This document shows, in pieces, positions 57,662-64,000 of a stretch of DNA of 64,000 nucleotides; positions within the stretch are counted from its first letter, which is position 1, and each line of letters opens with the position of its first letter. The position numbers and the translations under genes were made by a program. This DNA is from Macrostomum lignano (taxonomy: Eukaryota). The stretch is taken from NCBI GenBank assembly GCA_002269645.1, contig NIVC01000126.1:620001-684000 (forward strand), in the 5' to 3' direction. The notes under the pieces are model-generated. The model was given only the letters and a program-made list of their open reading frames with translations. It was not told the origin of the DNA and made no database searches.

Positions 57662-57838
57662 TCAATCAGTTGATCAATTGATCAATTTGCTGATCAATCA
57701 CTCAATCAATCAATCAGCTGATCAATCACTCAATCAGCTGATCAATCACTCAATCAATCAGCTGATCAATCACTCAACGAGCTGATCAATCAATCACTCA
57801 ATCAGCTGATCAATCACTCAATCAGCTGATCAATCAAA
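57662..57838. repeat. ATCA-based repeat (GCTGATCAATCACTCAATCA)n
   Basis: Direct reading. Confidence 0.8.
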
Positions 57839-57948
57839 AGCACACTCGTCTATAAAAATTTGTAACGGCAACCATCATTGAACAAGCAATAAAAAGTATA
57901 AAAAAATCAAGAAGGGAATTAAGCAATGAGTATCAATCAATCAATCAA

Positions 57949-58644
57949 TCACCAGTCGTCCTCATCAGACGAGTCGTCATCTCCGCCGCCTCGCACCTTC
58001 TTCTGCCTGCCGGCTCCCAGAATGGAGGCGGCGCCCCCAGACTTGCCACCAGAAGCGGCGGTCTGCTGGTCTGGCGGGTTCATCAAGTCGCCTTTGTAGT
58101 CGATGACCTCGGACCGGCCAAGGCGCCATTCCAGCATCTCCGTGCTGAAGTCGTCGCGCCCGCCAAGATCGTCAAAGCCAACAATATAATCCTTGGTCTT
58201 CTCCTGGCGCACGATGCACAGGGTGGGAATGACCCGGATGTTCAGGCGCTGGGTGAGGAACGGCGCCTTGTCAACTGACAGCTTGATGAACTTGCACTCC
58301 ACGTGGCGCGGAGCCAAGATGGCCAGGTGCTTGTCGAATATCTTGCAGCGGAACGTGCTGTCCCGGTAGAAATGGCACACCAGATTGCGGCTTTTCTTGC
58401 CCTCCTCGAAGAACTCCTTCTCGTTGGAGATTTCAAAGTAGCGGCCGTGGCCGTTGGCCACCCATTCGTCCCGCTGTTTGGCCTGCTCCTTCATCTGCCG
58501 CAGCCGGCGCTCCCTCAGCTGCTCGATGTCGTCCTCTTTCAGGTTGTCCAGCCGCTCGATCTGAGAGTCCAGGCGCTCCTCAATCACTTGAGCAGCTTTC
58601 ACCAGCTGCGACTCCAGCGCTTTGCCCATGTTTGAGCCTGCCAT
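57949..58644 (-). CDS. TXNDC9: Thioredoxin domain-containing protein 9 (phosducin-like protein 3), single coding exon, 231 aa
   Basis: MAGSNMGKALESQLVKAAQVIEERLD...LRERRLRQMK...GHGRYFEI...VCHFYRDSTFRCKIFDKHL...APFLTQRLNIRVIPTL...GFDDLGGRDDFSTEMLEWRLG...DDDSSDEDDW; typical PhLP3 motifs. Confidence 0.95.
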   Translation of the reverse strand: MAGSNMGKALESQLVKAAQVIEERLDSQIERLDNLKEDDIEQLRERRLRQMKEQAKQRDEWVANGHGRYFEISNEKEFFEEGKKSRNLVCHFYRDSTFRCKIFDKHLAILAPRHVECKFIKLSVDKAPFLTQRLNIRVIPTLCIVRQEKTKDYIVGFDDLGGRDDFSTEMLEWRLGRSEVIDYKGDLMNPPDQQTAASGGKSGGAASILGAGRQKKVRGGGDDDSSDEDDW

Positions 58645-58699
58645 TGAGCTGCTGGTTGATGCGGACAGGTGGGACCAGGTGATGCTACAGCTGCCTATC

Positions 58700-59065
58700 C
58701 TAATTCCGCTGTCTACACTACACATCCGCTGTCTACCCTACAAATCCACTGTCTACCCTACAAATCCGCTGTCTACACTACACATCCGCTGTCTACCCTA
58801 CAAATCCGCTGTCTACCCTCCAAATTCGCTGTCTACCCTATAAATCCGCTTTCTACCCTACAAATCCGCTGTCTACCCTACAAATCCACTGTCTACCCTA
58901 CAAATCCGCTGTCTACCCTACAAATCCGCTGTCTACCCTACAAATCCACTGTCTACCCTACAAATCCGCTGTCTACCCTACAAATCCGCTGTCTACCCTA
59001 TAAATCCACCGTCTCCTTATAAACCTGCTGTCGTCTCTATAAAAAATCCGGTGTCTACCCTAAAA
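58700..59065. repeat. 20-bp minisatellite (CTACAAATCCGCTGTCTACC)n in a probable 5'UTR intron of TXNDC9
   Basis: Tandem units between a minus-strand GTGAGG donor at 59079 and a CAG acceptor just before the ATG. Confidence 0.85.
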
Positions 59066-59649
59066 ACCCGCTTCCTCACTCCTATAAACCAGCAAAGTAG
59101 TTTAATGAACGAAACTAATAAAACAAAAATTCGAAGATACCGAAGCAAAAAAGACGCTGCATAAAAAATAATATGTATTAAAAGTACATTTTGTACTGCA
59201 CAAAAATACTCAGAATCATTCGATCGAAACGATGGGAGGGGGTAGCGGCTAAACTAGAGGCGGTCGCGCTGATAAAATATACAAAATCCATCAGTTCCTA
59301 CAGTAATACGATTTCCCAACTGATTTGTGAGGACAAAATAAACTTTTATTTATAACCAACATGGCCTATGAGTACGTAAGCGAGAATACAGCTTTGATTG
59401 CGCAATGGCTACAAAAATATATAAGTTTGATTATAACAAGCAAATCAACACTTGATAAACCCGCGATGTAAAATACAATTTTTTAATCAATTTTCATTGA
59501 GTATGAGAAACTATTCAAACAAATTAATTTGCGGCTAAGGCTCGAATAGCGAAGACATCGTTTAACAGTGCCATTGTGACTTTGTAAAATAATATTATAA
59601 AATATATTGGTGAGACAAGAAAAGTACACAGGTTTTGAGATGCCAGTGA

Positions 59650-59975
59650 TATCATTGAGTCATTGTGCCACTCATCACATACATCATCATGAGTCATTGT
59701 GCCACTCATCACATACATCATCATGAGTCATTGTGCCACTCATCACATACATCATCATGAGTCATTGTGCCACTCATCACATACATCATCATGAGTCATT
59801 GTGCTACTCATTACATACATCATCATGAGTCATTGTGCCACTCATCACATACATCATCATGAGTCATTGTGCCACTCATCACATACATCATCATGAGTCA
59901 TTGTGCTACTCATTACATACATCACCATGACCCATTGTGCTACTCATCACTAATATCACCATCAATCATTGTGCC
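59650..59975. repeat. 34-bp minisatellite (ATGAGTCATTGTGCCACTCATCACATACATCATC)n
   Basis: TGAGTCA at 59656 plus multiples of 34, 8 times. Confidence 0.92.
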
Positions 59976-60619
59976 ATTCATATCACACATGAAAACAAAT
60001 CATTTTGCTCCTAGATAAAAATTGACGCAGAAAGCAAACTTGCACTTGTGCCAGAACGATTTGTTGCCAGAATATAGAAAGACTGCGACCAAAATCTACT
60101 AGATAACGTACAATACTAACACAAGTTACTGACTAACACTACTTGTATAAATTGATTCAAGTAGTATATACTATAGTATAAAGTAACGTCATTCAAACAT
60201 AGCGAATGACAACGGGACAATGGGTTCGCTCGTGTAGCTTTCTCGTCTGCAAATCGCGTGTCAATCAAAACTGGAAGATGTAATTCTATTGCGAATAAAA
60301 AACAAAATTAATTACACACGAAACGTAATGCAAATCAAATGACAAATAGTTACTGACACTAATGATACTGTGCGGGATGCTACTTGATTAAAGCAGCAAT
60401 ATTGATTTCACAACAGTAGGAGCGGACGCCGTAAACGCTGAGTGTTTTGCAAATACAAGTATTAACACTGATGAATACTTGTCCGAGAGACTTTGGTCTG
60501 GGATTCAATGGGCAGACAGATATAGAGGAAGAAAGCTAACACTGGGCTTACAGGCCAACAGACAGACTAGTTCAGGCAGTCACGGGCACCAAGACAGTCA
60601 GTAGAATGCACTGAGGGAA

Positions 60620-60895
60620 AATACACTTTACGACAGACAGTGAGACAGACACCAAGCCAGACAGGTAGACATAAATTAAGACACACGGGCAGACAGACAA
60701 ACAGGCATACGGACAGACGGACAGACAGACACAGGCAGACAGCCAGACAGACAGGCAGACAGACAGACAGACAGGCAGACAGACAGAGATACACAGACAC
60801 AGACAGGCAGGCAGGCAGGCAGACAGACAGACAAGCAGGCAGGCAGACAGACAGACAAGCAGGCAGGCAGACAGACAGACAGGCAGACAGTCAGA
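60620..60895. repeat. (CAGA/CAGG)n microsatellite directly after the SIDT stop (3'UTR)
   Basis: Direct reading. Confidence 0.88.
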
Positions 60896-60905
60896 GCCGG
60901 AACGC

Positions 60906-63900
60906 TCAGAACACGCGAATCCGGTCGCGCCTCACGTAGGCGAGGTCGTCATCCATAGTGAGGATGATGTTGAAGCCGAGGAACATGGCCACCGCGGACA
61001 GGAAGTGCCAGATGTCGTGCACATCGTAGAAGCCGGCCAGCACGCAGGCCTGGTTGCGGATGCGGGAGCCGCTGGCGCTGTCCTCCCAGTTGGTGGGGCT
61101 CTGCAGGAAGAAGTAGCCGGCCCCGGCCCAGGCGGCGATGTCCAGCAGGGTGAAGGCCACCGGGGTGAAGGCGAGCCGCTCGCCGTTGCGCAGCTTCATG
61201 ATGATGTAGAACACAAAGTACATCATCATGTTGACCATGAGGATGCTCAGCATGAAGGTGCTGAAATCCTCTGGCCGCTTGAATGCGCCGTAGAGGCCGA
61301 TGGACCAGTTGATGGAGTTGGCGAAGATCAGCAGCACCAGGCGGTCCCGCCGCTGCGGCCGGAAGCAGGACAGCCCGTCTGTGCGGACCAGCAGGTACAG
61401 CCGCTTCAGCCGGCCGACGTTCATCTTCCAGCGGCCAACATAGTACACCTCCAGGGTGAGCAGGATGCTGGTCACGATGACCAGGATGCAGAACAGGGTG
61501 TAGAATGTGGTGCTCTCTTTGCTGTAGAAGACACCAAGCAGGCCGGTGAAGATGATGATGGCCAGGGCCATGTAGGCCATGTGGGCCGAGGCGTTCACGT
61601 CCGGGTGTCTGGGGGTTGGGGAGGGGGTATGACAGCTGATATTATGACAGCTTGCGATTGTACATTTAAATCTCGCCCCTACATGGTACACTTGTAAAAT
61701 TCTCTTCCCATAGTACATTTGTTAAACTCTCACCCCTGTGTAGTTTGATGTTTGATGTCTCAAAATCTCACACCTGCATAGTAGATGTCTCAAAACCTCA
61801 CCCCCAACACAGTAATGTTTCATTTCAAAATCTTAGCCCTACATAGTTAGATATCTCAAGATCTCCCCTGCATAGTAGACGACTTAAAACCTCACTTATA
61901 CGTAGTTAGATGTCTCAAAATCTCACCCCTGCATGAGTTGATGTCTCAAAATCTCACCCTTCGTAGTAGATGTTTCAAAATCTCACCCTTAAATAGAAGA
62001 TGTATCAAAATCTCACCCTTCGTATCTAGATGTCCCAAAATATCACCCTTAAATAATAGATGTCTCAAAATCTCATCCCATGTAGTTAGATGTCTCAAAA
62101 TCTCATCCCTACATAGTAGATGCCTTAAAATCTCACCCTTCGTAGCTAGATGTCTCAAAATCTCATCCTTCGTAGCTAGATGTCTCAAAATCTCATCCAT
62201 TGCAGCTAGATTTCTCAAAATCTCATCCTTCGTAGCTAGATGTCTTAAAATCTCACCCCATGTAGTTGGATGTCTCAAAATCTCACCCCTACATAGTAGA
62301 TGTCTCAAAATCTCACCCTTCGTAGCTAGATGTCTCAAAATCTCATCCCATGTAGGTAGATGTCTCAAAATCTCACCCTACATAGTAGATGTCTCAAAAT
62401 CTCACTGCGCATAGTTAGATGTCTTTTAATCTCACCCTTAAATAGTAGATGTCTCAAAATCTCACCCTTAAATAGTAGATGTCTCAAAATCTCACCCCAC
62501 GTAGTTAGATGTCTCAAAATCGCACCCTACATAGTACCTCTACCCCTACATACCCAGCGCCGCGCTCACCTAGTCTGGTAGATCTTCAGCATGCAGAGTC
62601 CGGACAGCATGTACATAAACGCCGTATCGAACTGGAAGTTATTGTAGCTGGGACAGATATGATAGCAGCCGGAGAGTACACCCTCCATGATCAGGGCGAT
62701 GCCGACGGCATAGTACAGTCCGTAGTGATGCGGAATGCCGTACTGGCTGGCCCGGGGGTCGCGGCGGACCAGATTCTGGTGCAGCAAGTCCCGGCGCCAG
62801 CACAGCAGAAGAAACAGCAGGCCCAATAGCACGTAGCTGATGTTGGAGAAGACATTGTTGAACGAGGAGATGACGCCCAGAGTGTGGGCGCAATCGAAGT
62901 TGTAATAGCACATGTCCTCGTCTCCGCTAGTGTTCAACACCTTCTGGTAGGTCAGCACCAGCTGGATCACCGGCAAGCAGTAGAAGATCGATATGATGAT
63001 CAAATACCAATAGTACAGCTTGTACTTTTTGCGCAGCCTGCTGGGCGGCTTTCTGGACAAATCCTGCACCGTCATGTCTTTGCGCAGGCGGAAAATCTCC
63101 TTCTCCTGGTTGGCCTCCGCCATCAGGTCGACAAATCCGCCGTCTTCGCCGACTCCCGTGCCGACGCCGACGGTGGCAGAGGCGGAAGCGGCCGAGGTCG
63201 AAGCCAGCGCATCCGATGCGTTCGTCGACGCCGAAGTTGTCGCCGAATTGGCCGAGGCCGGAGGCTCGACGACGCTCATCTGGCTGGGCAGGGTGCCTCT
63301 CTGCATGGACAAAGACGACATTGCCGCGGTAGAGAAGGTGGCAGTTGTCGACATTGTCGCCGTTCTCACCGTTGGAGTCTCCCCCACGGCGAGATAATTA
63401 CGCGGCGATGAATTTGACGCCTCGTTAAAATCTGTCGAGTTATCACCAACGTCGGCTGCATCGCCGCGTTGACGAAGCGGCGACTCTGGAGTGTCCTCGA
63501 TTGGCGCGTTGTTGCCGTCGTAGTTGTTAGCGGCGCCGGCGCGGCTGCGAGCCAGCAAGCGCCTGGTCTCGTAGGTGTGATGAAGCAGCGCTATGATAAA
63601 GGCGGCAGCGTAGAACAATAGAAAGAAGAATATTGTGCCAAACACTGGCAGAAAGTATTCGTTGATGCCAAGCGAAGGCAGTACGGTGATGTTCAACTGT
63701 TTGGTGCGCCGGTACAGTTCCCGACCGTGCTCTCCGGGATCTGGCGGCACCAGCTGGGCGGGAATATTTGGCCGGCAGTTGGCGTCAGTGGGGTACACGA
63801 CCAGCACCACGTAGAATGCTGTGGCCGAAGCCAGCGCCGGGTCGCTGGTGGTAACACTCAGACTGGCCTTCTTAGATGCCGTCTGCCTGATGCCAGTGAA

Positions 63901-63990
63901 TTCTACATTCCTAGCCAGATCGTACACTGGGCAGTTGACCGCCTGTACAGACACCCGCATGCACAGCATGTCGTCTGACACCATTCTAAC
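60906..63990 (-). CDS. SIDT: SID-1 transmembrane family member (SIDT1/2-like, ChUP/CREST family), last two exons; 5' part lies beyond the window
   Basis: Exons 63990-62570 and 61608-60906 (phase 2 junction R|HPDVNASA). Motifs CPVYDL..NVEF.G..Q...KKA, LPVIQLV...Q...N.SGDEDMCYYNF.CAH..G..S.FNNVFSN, SGCYHICPSYNNFQFDT.FMY, NQACVLAGFYDVHDIWHFLSA, DDDLAYVRRDRIRVF. Confidence 0.95.
61750..62545. repeat. 30-bp minisatellite (TAGATGTCTCAAAATCTCACCCTTCGTAGC)n, last SIDT intron
   Basis: Tandem degenerate units. Confidence 0.9.
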
Positions 63991-64000
63991 CTGCACAGAC

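Overview
Eukaryotic (animal) genomic DNA with spliceosomal introns, GC-rich exons and about 45 unrelated mini/microsatellite arrays. This style suggests the free-living flatworm Macrostomum, which is an inference only. Seven protein-coding loci could be rebuilt by hand from GT-AG junctions and reading-frame phase. (1) A 6-exon orphan secreted/GPI-like protein with an internally duplicated Cys module (521-6337,+). (2) The first 9 exons (~430 aa) of a divergent IP3-receptor-like channel (11654-20592,+), cut off by an 8.1-kb 32-bp satellite and a 794-N gap. (3) The 3' ~5 kb of an apolipophorin/apoB-type lipid transfer gene (29604-34600,+). (4) A neurensin-like gene (40086-40823,+). (5) CLPTM1L (8 exons, 45344-54491,-). 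(6) TXNDC9 (57949-58644,-). (7) The last two exons of a SID-1/SIDT gene (60906-63990,-). Almost all long ORFs in the supplied track are artefacts of tandem repeats. The main unexplained signals are these. Every long intron carries its own private minisatellite. One array is an exact copy of the adjacent exon's first codons and several carry splice-site-like cores. Two neighbouring CLPTM1L introns hold multimerised nuclear-receptor elements (IR1 and TCAAGGTCA), and an AP-1 array lies upstream of TXNDC9. There are candidate micro-exons at 9778-9840. Two half-genes flank an undersized gap. No tRNA, rRNA, CRISPR or transposase/RT sequence was recognised.
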